Assembly: GCA_016748015.1 (NCBI GenBank)
Contig: JAAOMT010000741.1
Coordinates: forward strand, 310,001 to 374,000
Length of the DNA stretch: 64,000 nt
Direction of reading: 5' to 3'
Source: Geosiphon pyriformis uo1
Taxonomy: Eukaryota > Fungi > Glomeromycota
Shown: positions 38,386-52,391 of the stretch, piece by piece
How positions within the stretch are numbered: position 1 is the first letter of the stretch
How the letters are laid out: each line of letters begins with the position of its first letter
The notes under the pieces: generated by a model
Told to the model about the DNA's origin: nothing
The model's input: only the letters and a program-made list of their open reading frames with translations
The model's database searches: none
Position numbers and translations under genes: made by a program

Positions 38386-41300
38386 GTGGTAACAAAAACC
38401 CCTAATCTTACTGTTCTTGAATTCTGCTGTGCTATTTATACACAAAATCAAAGTGATTTTGGATTACCAAAAGAGTGTTGTCCAGCAGAATCTGCCCTTA
38501 TTTATTATATCAATGCCAGAATAAATTATCATATAGGAAAGGAAGAAGAACCATACAATGCAAAACTTGGATTATATAGAGAATTATCACAATACACTAC
38601 AAAAAAAGTAGCAGTAATAGCCGCAACTATTGTTAAAATCCATCGAGAAATTGAGCAATACATCAACAAAAATTTTCTAATATCCACAGGAAACATTAGG
38701 GAACATGCCAACAAAACCAAAGAAAATTTAGAAACTAATCAGAAAAGTAACCAGCAAAAACTAGGAACACCTGCTCAAACACCAAAGAAAACTGTCACTC
38801 AATCAATAAAAAAACAACGCATTTATTCACTAGAAGATAAATCATACCATTTTTCACCAGAAAATAAGATACAAATTCCATTAAGAGCTGCATCATCATC
38901 AACATTAACTCCACAAATGCCAAGAATTCTTAGTTATACTGATAAAATTAAACAATGTAACTGGGAGACATATCAATTACAGGAGGATATTCATCACTAT
39001 TCCAAAACCCTCTTTTTCAAAATTTGGAACAGGATTTGAAAATCATGAAGAAGAGTCTGAATTGGAATCTGAAAAAGAGACCAGCAAAAAAACAATCACA
39101 AGACTGGTCACTGGAACAAGCAGCCAGTCCAGAAACCAAAAAACTCATGATCAAGAGAAAGAACTGGATATAAGAGAAGCCACCTTTAGGAATGCTCAAG
39201 GAAATATCATCCCATCTTCTCTTAGACCAATAAGCCCACCAGCAGAAAATGGCAATGAAATGGCCACATCATATATTACAAGACTAACAGATTTCTTAAA
39301 AAAAGAAGAAAAAACAGACATGTACACATGGCTCAAAAAAGCACAAAAAACTATTCAGACAAATAACTAAAACAACCAAAGAGCAATTCAAACATTACTT
39401 TTCTTCCTGAAAGGCACAGCCGACTTGTGGTATTAAAGCCTGGAAACAAAACCCATGAGCTTTACTGAATTTAAAAATGCACTTCTGGAGTATTTTAGTG
39501 ATCCAAACGCCATAATCCAACTATAGAACAAATTCAATACTATCAAGCAAGATACTGGTGAAACTGTCACCCAATACCTTGCTCGATTCAATCAAATTCG
39601 CCATTAGATTGAAGTGATTGAACAAGAATACTACACTGATCCTCAGGTTTTAAATCAGTTTATTAGAGGATTAAAAAGCAGCATTTTAGAAAGAGTACAC
39701 TCTGCCTACTCTAATTCCTTACCAGAAGCTATTACACTCACCAAAGCCCTTGAATCGGCTAAGAAAAAAGCTAACCATAGTCAAATAATTAACATGATAA
39801 TGGAGAAAAATAAGACAGAAACATTAGAGAAAAGAATAATGCAATTAGAGAAGGAATTCTCTAAGAAAATAGAAAGTTACCTCATTCCGGATCCAAGAAA
39901 AAATACATACCAACCACCCCAAAGATACAGCCAGGAAGCCAGCAACAGTCAAAATAATCACTCATTATACCAGAAATTCAGAACAGAAATGTGCACCTGC
40001 CATTTTTACAAACACGTAGGACATTTGATTAGTCAATGTCAAATGCGAATGATGCAAGAAGCACACAAAAATAATTATTACACACCACCTCAAATGCCCA
40101 GAAACCAGTACATGCCAATACTATGCCAATATTCCACCATGTATCAAAATCAAGAAACTTACTAGCAACAACCCATGATAGCCAATCTGAATTGGTGTTC
40201 CGAGTCCCAAAATTAGTCCATGTAGAACCAGAACGCATTGGTTCAGAAGAATCCAAACTGTGCTGGAACCAGTCAGCAAACCAATCCAAACTACCAAAAT
40301 TATCAACAAACTTACCTTAATATACTGGAAAATCTAATTATCGGAAACAATGATGATAGAAACATAAACAGAACCAAAAATTCTTTCAACAAATTAAGCC
40401 AAACAATACCACCAGCAGTTGTCACCAAAGATAGTAGCTTTGCAGCTATTTTTTCTTTTAAATTAAAGGAAAACAAGGCTATGTTCAGTGGAGCAGCATT
40501 GGATAGAAAATGTCCAATTACTGTTATGTATATGGAAGCCACTGTAAACAATACCCCAATCAAACTTATCTTAGATAGCGGATCTGCTGGAAGCTTCAAC
40601 TAGTAAACCAATTGGGTTTCAAAGTTAATCATGCCATGACATCCCAAATTATAACAGTCAATGAAAGTACAAAGCTGTCTTATGACGAAATTGACTCATT
40701 TCCTTTCGAAATTAACAGCATAGTAATACCTACAAAAGTATTAATAATGGATACTACACAATATCAAGCATTAGTAGGAAATGACTGGCTAACAAAAGCC
40801 AATGCTACTTTAGACTGGACCACCTAAGAGCTTCTGATCAATTATAATGGCCACCAGGCCAGAATTCCAGCCACCTGTGGCCACTTCCAAAAACCCAGCA
40901 CCAACCAAAGACCTACCTTTGAATTTGAAAAAAATCCAGCACTACTAGCCATCAAAACTTATTAGCTCTCTTGGGCTGATGACCAAAGAACAGGACTACC
41001 AGTCATATCAATATAGACCAGTGAAGAAAGATCCGAATGGAACCAGGTAAGTCCACGAAGAAACCACCAGTGATGCAGATCAAAGCTAGAATGCTCAGTT
41101 TGCAAGAAGAAACTCTCATCTATGATTGCATGCAGCATACTAGACGAAGACCCAAAAAACCCCACCCACTACTATTGTAACCATTGTAACAAAAAAAAAT
41201 ATGGTTACCCAGAAAGACACAGAAAATAGGACAAAAAACTGTGCCTCACTTGTGGAAAACCATTACCAAGAGAGTGTGACTGAAATGACATACCAGGTAG

Positions 41301-44081
41301 AGGAGAAACATGTGACACAACTTGCCAATACACAATCCTCATTTATAACTGAATAAGAGGAGGAATGCCATTCAAAGCAGCATTTAACAGAGCATTAAAA
41401 AGACTACAGCACTATCCACATGATGAGGACGAGTTGTACAACACTGCACAGGCCAAAGTAAGAGAAAGAACTGCCGAAGAAATACAACATTGAAAAGAGT
41501 CAGCCAAAGTAGCCGACAAAGTTGCCAGCTACAACATGTTTGACCCAGTGGACGAATTCCAGGACTACTACTAACAACTATGCTCTACTCGACAAGAGCA
41601 AGAACAATACCTTGCCCAAATCAACACTTACCTTTGTAAAAACTGTCTTATCTCATGCTAAAATCAGTGCTGTAAAGAGTGTCAAGACGAAAGGAACTTA
41701 AAAAGAAAAATGGAAATTGAGAATTAGCAGTCTCAAAATCAATTAATAAATCAACAAAACTCACCTAACAGTTCCAAGTCAGAAAAATTTGTAGCTTATA
41801 CTAACCTAGAACAGATGATCAACATCTAATACTTTGACAATAGGCACTTAGAAATAATACCCAAAAGAGCCCATCCAACTAATGCTGGATTTGATCTATG
41901 TTATCCAGAAGACAAATTCACAACATTATCACTCAGGAGCATCACCAAAATTGACCTGAAAATAGCAGTTGAAATTTTGCCAGAAATAATGATTCAAATA
42001 ATGTCATGATCAAGCCTCATGAAAAAAGAAATAAGTATTTAAGGAGAAGTAATTGACTCCAGATACACTGGAAATTTGATGGTTTTACTACAGAACAATT
42101 CAGAAAAGCCTTATACCATTGAATCTAAGGAAAAGATTGCACAAGCAATTTTTCTACCATTGGTAAAAATTGGGAAATTCATGCTAGTAAAAAATCATGA
42201 GGAATTGTTACAAAAAACGAGAGGAACTTTTGGTTTCGGATCAATAAGAAAAAGAATTGAAGTGAATTTCGCTGAAACAATAAAGGAAAAAGGCAAAGTA
42301 ATTAAAACTGAGCAGTCTATCATGCTCCTACCATATGGAAAATCAGAAATAAGAATAAAAAAGACAATTAAAGAAAAAGACCTAATATTTGAGCCCATTC
42401 AGAAACTTGTCAACAGTTTCTCATAGGACTTACTAATCTTTTTATTCCAGCTGATAAAGCTCAATAAATAAAAATTTTTATCGCAAATACCACAGAAAAA
42501 CTCATCTACATTCTGGAAGATACCATCATTAGATATCTTGGAACGGAGCTAGAAAACACATCAACACCACAAAAAATTCTAAATTTTCCAGAAATCACCT
42601 TTTATTGTAAACTTACTTCAATAAATTGGCAGCAACTATTGGAATGCTATCAATTTATGCCAAAAGAATTGACCAAATTAAACATTAGAACAATGGATCC
42701 TGACCAACAGCAACAATTAAAAGCATTAATTTTAAAATACTCTGATATATTTTCATGAAATGGTGAATTTGGAAGAACCAACTTGGTTCAACACCAAATT
42801 CTCACTGGAGACACCAGACCTGAAAAACAATGTGCTTACCATGTCCTACTAATGGAGCATAATTTTATCAGAGAAGAAGTCCAAAGCATGTTGGAAAAAA
42901 GAATAATTCAACTATCAATGAGTCCATGGTCTTCACCAGCTGTTTTAGTAAGAAAAAAGAACAGAAAAATTAGATTTTGCATCAATTATTGCAAACTAAA
43001 CAGCAAAACAACCAAAAACTCATACCCAATACTGTTAATTGATAAAATTTTTGACGTTTTTGGAGGAGTAAAATGGTTTTCTACACTTGACTTGACCAGT
43101 GAGTACTGGCAAGTGGAAATGAACCCAAAAGACAGACATAAAACAGCATTTACAACACAAAATAGCAATTATGAGTTCAATATAATGCTATTTGGATTGA
43201 CAAACGCTCCCGTGACATTCCAAAGACTAATGGATGTAATTTACTCTGGAATCCTGTGACAATTCATTGTTGTCTACTTGGATGATACAAATGTTTTCTC
43301 ATCAAAATTCACAGATCATCTCCAACATTTGCAACAAGTTTTTAAGAGATTGAGACATACTGAACTTAAACTAAATCTAGAAAAATGTTTCTTTGGAAAA
43401 AATGAGCTAGCATTTTTAGGACATGTAGTTGGAAAAGATAGAATAAAACCAGATCCATCAAAAATAGACAAAGTGAAAAATTTTCCAGTATTTCAAAACG
43501 TTTCAGAAGTTAGAAGCTTTTTAAGACTTGTATCTTACTACCACTACTTTATAGAAAACTTTTCAAACATCACCAAACTCCTTAATTACCTACTATCCAA
43601 AAATGTGAAATTTGAATAGACTGAAGCACAACAAAAAGTTTTTGAGTACCTTAGACAAAAGCTTATTGAATCACCAATAATGATCTATTTAAATTTCAAC
43701 AAGAAATTCATTTTGGCCACAGATGCCTTTGGAACTGGACTTGGAGCCATTCTGTCACAAAAAGATGATAATGGAAAAGAATGTGTAATCACTTATGCCA
43801 GCAGAAGTCTCAGTACGGCAGAGCAAAACTATGCAGCACATGAACTTGAATACTTAGCAATAGTCTGGAGTTGTGTTTACTTTGACACATATTTACAGTA
43901 CCAACTCTTTAAGATTACCACAGATCATAGAGGTCTGGCCTAGTTAAATAACAAGAAAGTGCTAAAAGAAAAATATGCCAGATGGTCACAAATGTTAGCA
44001 CTATACAATTATATTATCAAATACAAAGAAGGTACCAAAAATGCTAATGCTAACTGTTTGTCAAGAATGAGACACACATAA
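38386..44081 (+). pseudogene. Element C Gag-PR-Cys-rich-dUTPase-RT-RNase H
   Basis: CHFYKHVGHLISQC, LILDSGSAGS, dUTPase 41860-42243 (AGFDL, VIDSRYTG, IAQAI, RGTFGFGS), WFSTLDL, YLDD, LATDA; ends NCLSRMRHT-TAA. Confidence 0.9.
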
Positions 44082-44110
44082 AAATCACCAACCCACCCAC
44101 CACAACAACA

Positions 44111-45488
44111 ATAAACAACCACCTTTACAAAAACCTCAGCCAATACTTGGAAACACTACAAATAAACAAAAAAATGCCAGTAAAAGAGCTAATTAAGCTC
44201 CAAAAATTAGCAAAACACTATTTCATCCAAAATCACATACTTTATTACCGGAATTGACAAAATCCAGATAATCTATTAAGAGTTATAACCATAGATGAAA
44301 AAGAAACTATCTTATTTAACATGTACTCAGATATTTATTTAGGCCACTTTAGAAAAACAGCAACCATCCAATGTGCAACTAGCTATTACTATTGGCCAAA
44401 AATAAGTTCAGACATAATCTAATACATAAAAAATTGTGACTCATGCCAACAAAGAGGAAGAGCAAAAACAATAGAATTATTAAAACCAATAAAAGTTGGA
44501 CAGCCTATTTAACAGAATTGGAATTGATTTAGTTGGACTCTTACCAATAACAACAAGAAACAGCTGTTATATTGCAGTAGCTGTAGACTATCTCACCAAA
44601 TGGCCAGAAGCTAGAGCTATTAAAACAGCTGATGCTATTTCTGTAGCTCAATTCATACATGAAGACTTAATTTGCTGGCATAGATATTCACAAAAATTGC
44701 TATCAGATTAAGACACACACTTCATAAACAGCACCTTAAAAGAACTTAGCCAAAAATTTGGAATTAAGCAACCACTGTCATCATCATACCACTCACAAAC
44801 AAATGGATTAGTTGAAAGATTTAATCACACATTATGTGAATCACTGACAAAAATTAGTAATAAACATGAAAAAGAATGAAATTTGTTCATACCAGCAGTA
44901 CTACTAACATATAGAACAGTAAAACAAGATACTACACAATTCACACCATTTGAACTAGTTTATGGAAGAAAAACCACATTACCAGTTGAATTTACTATCC
45001 CAACTTATCCAAGTAACATTATCACTGAAACAACATTCCAGAAAACACTACTTAAAAGAACATACAAATTAATGGAAACTTTAGAAAACAAAAGAAGAAA
45101 AGCAGCACAAAATATTGAACAATCACAAGAACAACAAAAAGTGAGACATGATAACCAATTACCAGATAATATAATTAACTACAAAATTGAAAATAAAGTA
45201 TTGTTGCATCGTACAAAAATGAAAAAACAATGGAATGGAAAATTTGATTACAAATGGGATGGACTATTTTATATTTACAAAATACTTGGAAATAGAGCAT
45301 ACAAGCTAAGACTAAATAATAAAATATTAAGAAAAGCAGCACATGGTAACCAGCTGAAATTCTATTATAGTAAACCAGTAATAACAACAAAGACACCCAG
45401 AATTGGAACACAATTACCTTTAATTCTACCAGAACAAATTCCACAAGATTTAGAACCAATAGTTTTAATTGATTATTCAAAAAGATAA
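44111..45488 (+). pseudogene. Element C stand-alone integrase ORF
   Basis: Decayed start ATA-NNHLYKNLSQYLE; RIGIDLVG, KWPEA, QTNGLVERFN, TPFELVYGR, KWDGLF. Confidence 0.87.
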
Positions 45489-45572
45489 TTAATCTTATAT
45501 CACAGCAAAAATGATTTAACAACCATAAAAACGCATGCAAAAGATTCCAAAATAGCAGTCAAAATTAAAACA

Positions 45573-46241
45573 ATGATACTTATTTCAGAAAAAATCAACA
45601 ATATAACTCAACAATTAATTGAAAGCTTACAACAATTAAAATCCGATCTGGAAATCACAGTTAATAGCTCCAAAATAACATACATAAAAAGAACAATAAA
45701 AAATCCAAAAACAAGAAAAGAACATAACTTTGAACCATATAATATTACCAAACATAACAACAAATTTATCAGCAAAGTTATTGAAAAATTAGAGATAGCA
45801 TTGGGCAATACATTAATAATAGAAGAAATAGAAATAAGTGAATTAACATCAGACACATTTAGCAACTTGAAAATAAAATTTCCAATTAACTACTGTTATT
45901 ATCAACTAGGAAAGTACTTGAACATATAAACATTATACTTAAAAGACTCAACTAGAGTGTTTAACAAAACAACAATCTAACTATTAGAACCTTTCATTAG
46001 AAAAACCAATACTACATTCCATTCAAAAACAGTTTACAGAATTTTCAAAGCATTTGAAAACTGTTACAAACTATTGTTGAACCCAACCATGAACATAATA
46101 ACAACCAACAGTATTGGATGACTTACCAATTCACAATTTCAAGAATTATAACAACAAATTAATAACACAGTATTGAACCACTATAGTAACTTAGAATTTA
46201 ATGAAAAAATTAACTTCAATTTCAATGGAGCTCAATCTTGA
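45573..46241 (+). pseudogene. Element C ORF3, unknown protein (~222 aa)
   Basis: ATG at 45573; the frame continues through nonsense codons to ...NFNGAQS-TGA at the PPT; homologous to ORF3 of A and B. Confidence 0.78.
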
Positions 46242-46254
46242 AAGAAGAGGATAA

Positions 46255-47129
46255 TGTTATGATTTAAAAATTTAGCAAAAGAATCATAAAAATAATATAA
46301 ACTATTCAATCATAATATAGCACAGTAATAATCTTAGAAAGATAATGATTAACATAGTAGCAAACACCATCTTGCAATAGTGGCAAGCACCAGTTCACAA
46401 TAGCAGCCAACACCAACTGGTGATAGCAGCAAACATCAGGTTGAAATATTAAAAAAAAATATTACAATGTGTTTTCTCATAGAATTACAAACATGTATAT
46501 ATACAGTAGCTTTAATATTAAGAAAAGTCAATAAAGTAATAAAAATCATAATTTATCAAACAATAGATCCAATTTATCCAACAAACTCCACTTTAAAATT
46601 GTATCTTTAAATTAAATATCCCAAGAAACCTTTAAATCAAAAAAAAAATGAAAAAAAATATTTAAAACTAAATTATTACAACCCCAAAGTAGTAAGAAAC
46701 TCACTTGTATTAATTATTGAATGAAACTAACATTCATCAATTGAATTCTTTAGAAGAATAATCACTGATCAAGATTATTCACATTGTTACTAATTGATAA
46801 AAGCTTTATTGTGAGAATTAGAAAAAGCACTAAAGACTATTAACATTCCGTGTTTCTAGATTAAAGAAACACATCAGACAATTGCAAGGATAGCCTCAGA
46901 GAAGACTCCAGACAGTAGGTAGATTTCAGCTCAGCCTCTAAGAAGAAATACATAAACACACACAACAATCAGAAATTGAGAAATAACTTACATTGTGACA
47001 TTAAAGAGAAAGCCTTCAGTATAACAGTGACATTATTACACAAATAAAATTGAGAAATTTATGAGAGACTAATTGCAATTAAAACGGGATATCAGCAATT
47101 AAATATACCAAGAAAACCATCCCATAATA
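46255..47129 (+). repeat. Element C 3' LTR
   Basis: Co-linear with the 5' LTR; preceded by the PPT. Confidence 0.94.
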
Positions 47130-47367
47130 ATAGAATAACAAAATCATAGCTAAAGCAGCACATGAAAATTAATTAAAACCATATTACAATATAGTGTTAT
47201 CATCTACTAGTAATATTCCATAACTAAGAGTACAACAAATACTAGTCTAATCTGATAAGATTTCATGAGATCTGAAACCAATCATAATTATTGATTCAAA
47301 CATGTCAAGTTAATTGACCAAAAAAGTATATAAAAACACAGTATACATAACAAAAGCAACAAAAAAA

Positions 47368-48007
47368 ATAGAAATACTGGATTATATCTACACCTTAGTC
47401 CAACAATTATTTCAGGTCTTAAATCAACAATAATTAAACATGAAAATTGTTATCAGCCACCAAACAATCTGCTATCAGAACACCAAACAAGAAAAAAAAG
47501 CAAAAAATATATCATATCAGTAATTTCAAAACCAAACAAAACACTGAACAGATAAAATAATTGAAAAAGTAAAAAACACTTTTGGAAAAATACCTATTAT
47601 GGCTTCAACAGAAGAACCTTTAAAAAAATTGAAAACAGTAGATAGAATAACTTTTAATATCATACTGCTACTATTAATTGTGACAAAAGTTGAATATTCA
47701 GAAGTTATATTTTGATAAATCTAAAAAAATATTCAATTAAGAGATAATATAGAACATTAAAGACATTATTGAAAAGAAAACAAATCTGATACTACACATT
47801 AGAACAATCTATTGACTACATATAATTTTTCAAAACTACCTAGAAATATTGTTACATCCAGACATGAAGACAATAATCATTAACCAATAGGGAAGAATAA
47901 ACAACTTGTAAATCAAAGATATAAGAAACAGAGTTGAACAAACAGTACTAGAAAAAAAAGTCATAGAACTAATTCAAAATAAAGATTTTGATAGAGCTCA
48001 ATATTAA
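47368..48007 (+). pseudogene. Element B ORF3, unknown protein
   Basis: (M)EILDYIYTLVQQLFQVL...IY.LHIIFQNYLEILLHP...DFDRAQY-TAA aligns with C ORF3. Confidence 0.7.
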
Positions 48008-48020
48008 AAGAAAAAGATAA

Positions 48021-49813
48021 TGTTACTCATAGAAAAAAAGCATACAAGAAAATAGTAAAAAAAACAGATAGACCAATAGAAGACTAGTAGTTAATATGTA
48101 AGCATATTGTTTAGCAATATAAAGCATTGTCAGAAATTACAGCACATTGCTTAGCAATGTAAAATATTGTCAAGAATTATGGCATATTGCTTAGTAATAT
48201 GAAGTATTGTTAGAAAATCATGGCACATTGTTTAGCAATATGAGTATTACTTAAGAAATAATAATACATTACTTGAAAATGTGAGTGATCTTATAAAACT
48301 CAAATTATGTATATATAACAAGAGCATTAAAAGCAAAAAAGACAGATCAGACAGTAAACAACATCTTAGTTAGAATTGACTCCAAAAATCTTTAATTAAA
48401 AGAATCATCAATATTAATAAAATAAGTATTTACTATTTAAATCTATCTTTCACTATTAACACTTAATATTGATAGCATCTAATACTTAATTACATTAGAC
48501 TAATAGTTTTTGATCATGGCTATTAACAAGATACTAACTTTTTATTGCCTTGGTTTATTTTCTTTATTTTCTTTATTTCTTTTTTTTCTGTTTTTGTTTA
48601 CTAATTGATTAACAGACAGAGATACTAATGTTAAGATATAGCACTGGTAAAAGACCCAGAAATAAGAGTAGACACTCGAAATTAAGAATAACTTACCAAG
48701 AGAATTACCAGTGTTATGGTTTAAGAATTTAGCAAAAGAATCATAAAAATAATATAAACTATTCAATCATAATATAGTGCAGTAATAATCTTAGAAAAGT
48801 AATGATTAACATAGTAGCAAACACCATCTCGCAATAGTGGCAAGCACCAGTTCACAATAGCAGCCAATACCAACTGGTGATAGCAGCAAACACCAGGTTA
48901 AAATATCAAAAAGAAAGTATTACAATGTGTTTTCTCATAGAACTACAAACATGTATATATACAGTAGCTTTAATATTGAGAAAAAAGAATAAAGTAATAA
49001 AAATTATAACTTATCAAGCAATAGATTCAATTTTATCCAACAAACTCCACTTTAAATCATACTTTCAAATTAAATATTCCAAGAAATCTTTAAATCAAAA
49101 AGAAATGAAAAAGAATATTTAAAACTGAATTATTACAACCCAAAGTATTAAGAAACTTACTTGTATTATTTATTGAATAAAACTATTATTCATCAACTGA
49201 ATCCTTTGGAAGAATAATCCTTGATCAAGATTATTCATGTTGTTACTAATTGATAAAAACTTTATTGTAAGAATTAGGAAGAGTGCTAAAAGCCATTAAC
49301 ATTCTGTGTTTCTAAATTAAAAAAATACATCAGGCAATTGCAAAGATAGTCTTAGAAAAAACCCCAAACAGTAGGTAGATTTCAGTTCAGTCTCTGAAAA
49401 GGAGTACATAAACACACACAACAATCAGGAATTGAAGAATAACTTACATCACAACATTAAAAAGAAAGCCTTTAGTATAATAGTGATATTATCACACAAA
49501 TAAAATTGAGGAACTTACGAAAGACTAATTGCAATTAAAATGGGATATTGGCAATTAAATATAACAAGAAAACCATTCCATAATACCAGCTACCATACTA
49601 AGAAAGAAATTGATGGAATTGCAATTTCGGGAAGTGATAGATAAAACTATTATTAAGTTTTTGTTCATTATATAAAGAACTTAACCAAAACCTTCAGAAC
49701 ACAAAAACCTTTGGAACACAAAAATCTTCAAATATTACCAATCATATTATGTATTAAGTACTAAGTTATGGGTTTGTTATTTGTTTTGAGATTCCAAATA
49801 ATTATCTGTAACA
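48021..49813 (+). repeat. Element B 3' LTR, split by a C solo LTR
   Basis: 691 + 224 bp = 915 bp after removing the insert and one TSD copy. Confidence 0.9.
48712..49585 (+). repeat. C-family solo LTR
   Basis: Full LTR with no PBS or PPT; perfect TSD CCAG (48708-48711, 49586-49589). Confidence 0.94.
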
Positions 49814-52391
49814 ATGTCTTATTCTGATTGGCTAATTTGTGTATTAATATATAATTTCTATATTTTATGAATAATACCATAGCCTTTCAGAAGATTTTTC
49901 TATTAATTTCTTTCTTAGCTTGGTGGCCAGTATTTTTTAGTAAGCTATTCTTAATTCTAAATATTTATCCTTATTTCTAGATCTTTTATCAGTACTATTT
50001 CTAATATTAGTACTCTACATGTTAATCTTTTAATCAGTTAGTAAATTAACAAAATGACAAAATAAAAAAAAAAAAAAGAAAAAATTAGTATTCTGTTAAT
50101 AGCCATAATCAAGAGCTATTGTTTTAGCATAGTTAAGTATTAGATGTTATTAACATAAAGTATTAATAATAGAAAAGTGATTAAGATTCTCAATCAAATA
50201 ACAATATCATGAATTCAATGATAATAAGTATGTTTTATTTGATATTTTATTAATAAATTTACTTTGGGTGATAGTAATTATCCATAAAGTAAGAGTTATT
50301 TAGATAAAGAAAAGAATATTAAACTGGAAATAAATTTTTTCTTTTCTTACTTCTAATGCTACTGTTATATATATATAGTTAGTATTATATGAGATTTCTA
50401 AAATCCTGTAATTTCTTCAGTAAAATCCTGGAATTTTGAAATTCTGGAATCTTGTAATTCTTTACAAAGAATTCTGGAATTTTAAAATTCTGGAATCCTG
50501 CAATTTTTTTAGAAGAATTCTGAAATTTTTCTGTTACTATGTTTACTATTAATTGGTTATTTTTTTAACTATATAATACTCCTAATTTCTATAAATAACA
50601 ATATTATATAAGATTTCTTGAAATCCTGCAATTTTTTAAAAAAAATCTTAGAATTTTGAAATTCTGCAATTCCTTAAAAAGAATCCTAAAATTCTGGAAT
50701 CTTGCAATTTCTTAAGAAGAATCTTAAAATTTCTTTTTTTAATATGTTTATTTTTAATTGGCTATTTTAGTCATTATTATTATTCTTAATTTTTATAAGT
50801 AATAATATTTTTTTTTTTTAATATTAAACTCTGTCAAGATTTTTTAAATTTTTTAAATCTTCTAAATTTCTTTTTTGAATTAGCTTTATAACTTTTTTTT
50901 CAAGAATTACTTAGACAATATTAGTTTGTAATTCTTCAAATTAGATATTAGTAATTTTTTCCAATTGGTTGATGATTACTATGTTTATTGTTAGATTTGA
51001 TAAATTACTTGTAATTGCAGTTGATAAATTACTGGTGTTGGAGTTTAATATATTGGAAGTATATATATAAGTTGTTGTATTATTTGAGAGTAATAAAACT
51101 AATATGAATATAATTTTAATGGCAAATTATTGGCATAGTTCTGTATTTAAAACCTGTAATCAGAGTTTCAATATTGATTTTTTGATTATTGGTTATTAAA
51201 TTTGGAATGGTAATCTGTTTTTAGATGGTCTTATTTATTACAATAATAACAATTACACATTTTTTGTTGCCATAGTTAATTTAATGATAACAATTATATT
51301 AGACACAACTAATTTTAGAAATAATTGAAGTTTCCTTAATTGTTGTAATATTGTAAAGACTAATAAATAATTTGATTGTTAATTAAGTATTCTTTATTTT
51401 TCTGGTTAATGGTTTTGCCAAATTGCTTTAATTTGGTATTTAATTCAGATAATCCATTCATTATTAGATTTACAGCTTGGATATAATTTGCTTTAAGTTT
51501 GGCCAATTTAAAATTTTGGGTGTATGTAATTGTATCTTAAAAAATATTTGGATGCATTGGACATATTTATTGTAAAAGACTACTGCATAATTTGTAAATT
51601 GATTCAAGATCTGTGGTACTATAAAGTAATCAGTTTTAATTGTTTGGATTTGGCACAGATTTCAATAAAAATATTCCAGATATGTGGTGACTGTTTCAGT
51701 ATTGTTTTGTTTAATAATAATAAAGCTAGTTAATAACTAATTAATGCTGTTATAATTACTAAAATATTGTAGAAATACAGTTTTAAATATGTTAAAAGTT
51801 TGTGGCTTGGCTTTTTTTTTATTATTTTGAAACAAAATTCTAAATAATAATGTTTTTACTATTGATATTAATATAAATCCAGATAGTATATATATAGTAC
51901 TTTCTGGTGTATAATAGTATAATAGATAAATAGGTAAAATAATTTTTAGTTTCTTTTAAGTAAACAATTGTATTTTCTTTAGTGTTTTTGCTGAAATTTG
52001 TAATTTTTTTTTGTTTGTAAAGATAATAAAAAATCTTTATTAGATGTATTTTTTAATTTTTCTGTTTATTTTTGTAATTAATAGTACAAACAAATAGTTT
52101 GATAAAAGTGTAGTGTTTTGTAATAGTTTACTGTAAAAATTTTTAAGAGTGGCTTTTAGATCTTTTGGGTTTTTCAAGTAAAATTTGATTTTTTTGTTGA
52201 CATAAAAATTGAAAGCTGATTCTGCTAGCCAATAGTTATTTGTCAATTTAAGATAAGTTTGGTAATATTAAAATAAAAATTTTACAAATTCTAAATAATT
52301 TTTTCTTATGATTTCTTAGTCTGTTATTTTTTCAGATAATTAATATTAGTGCTGGTTTTCTGTTAGATTATATCTTACAGAAAGCATCAAA

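Larger units (their letters stand above)
37419..47129 (+). mobile_element. Element C: full-length LTR retrotransposon (third family, same architecture)
   Basis: LTRs 37419-38303 and 46255-47129; PBS tttggtgaactc; PPT gaaagaagagga; flanks ATGG/ATAG. Confidence 0.95.
36226..47313 (+). pseudogene. Element B integrase ORF, interrupted by element C
   Basis: ILYNMYLD, KWPEA, SYHPQTN; YKLRW|NNKIIAKAAH rejoins across element C. Confidence 0.85.
29607..49813 (+). mobile_element. Element B: LTR retrotransposon with the same architecture as A; protease deleted; hosts element C and a C solo LTR
   Basis: 915-bp LTRs (29607-30521; 48021-48711 plus 49590-49813); perfect TSD ATGT (29603-29606, 49814-49817); PPT aaaagaaaaaga. 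Confidence 0.92.
28787..49876 (-). repeat. Solo LTR F (B/D-related), pieces 28787-29606 and 49818-49876, inserted in E
   Basis: Termini tgttacagat / gaataata; flanks TCAT (28783-28786) and CCAT (49877-49880). Confidence 0.78.
28575..50600 (-). repeat. Solo LTR E (B/D-related), pieces 28575-28786 and 49881-50600, inserted in the D 3' LTR
   Basis: Termini tattacaag / aataaca; flanks ATGT (28571-28574) and ATAT (50601-50604); the host rejoins to match the D 5' LTR at ~53040. Confidence 0.78.
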
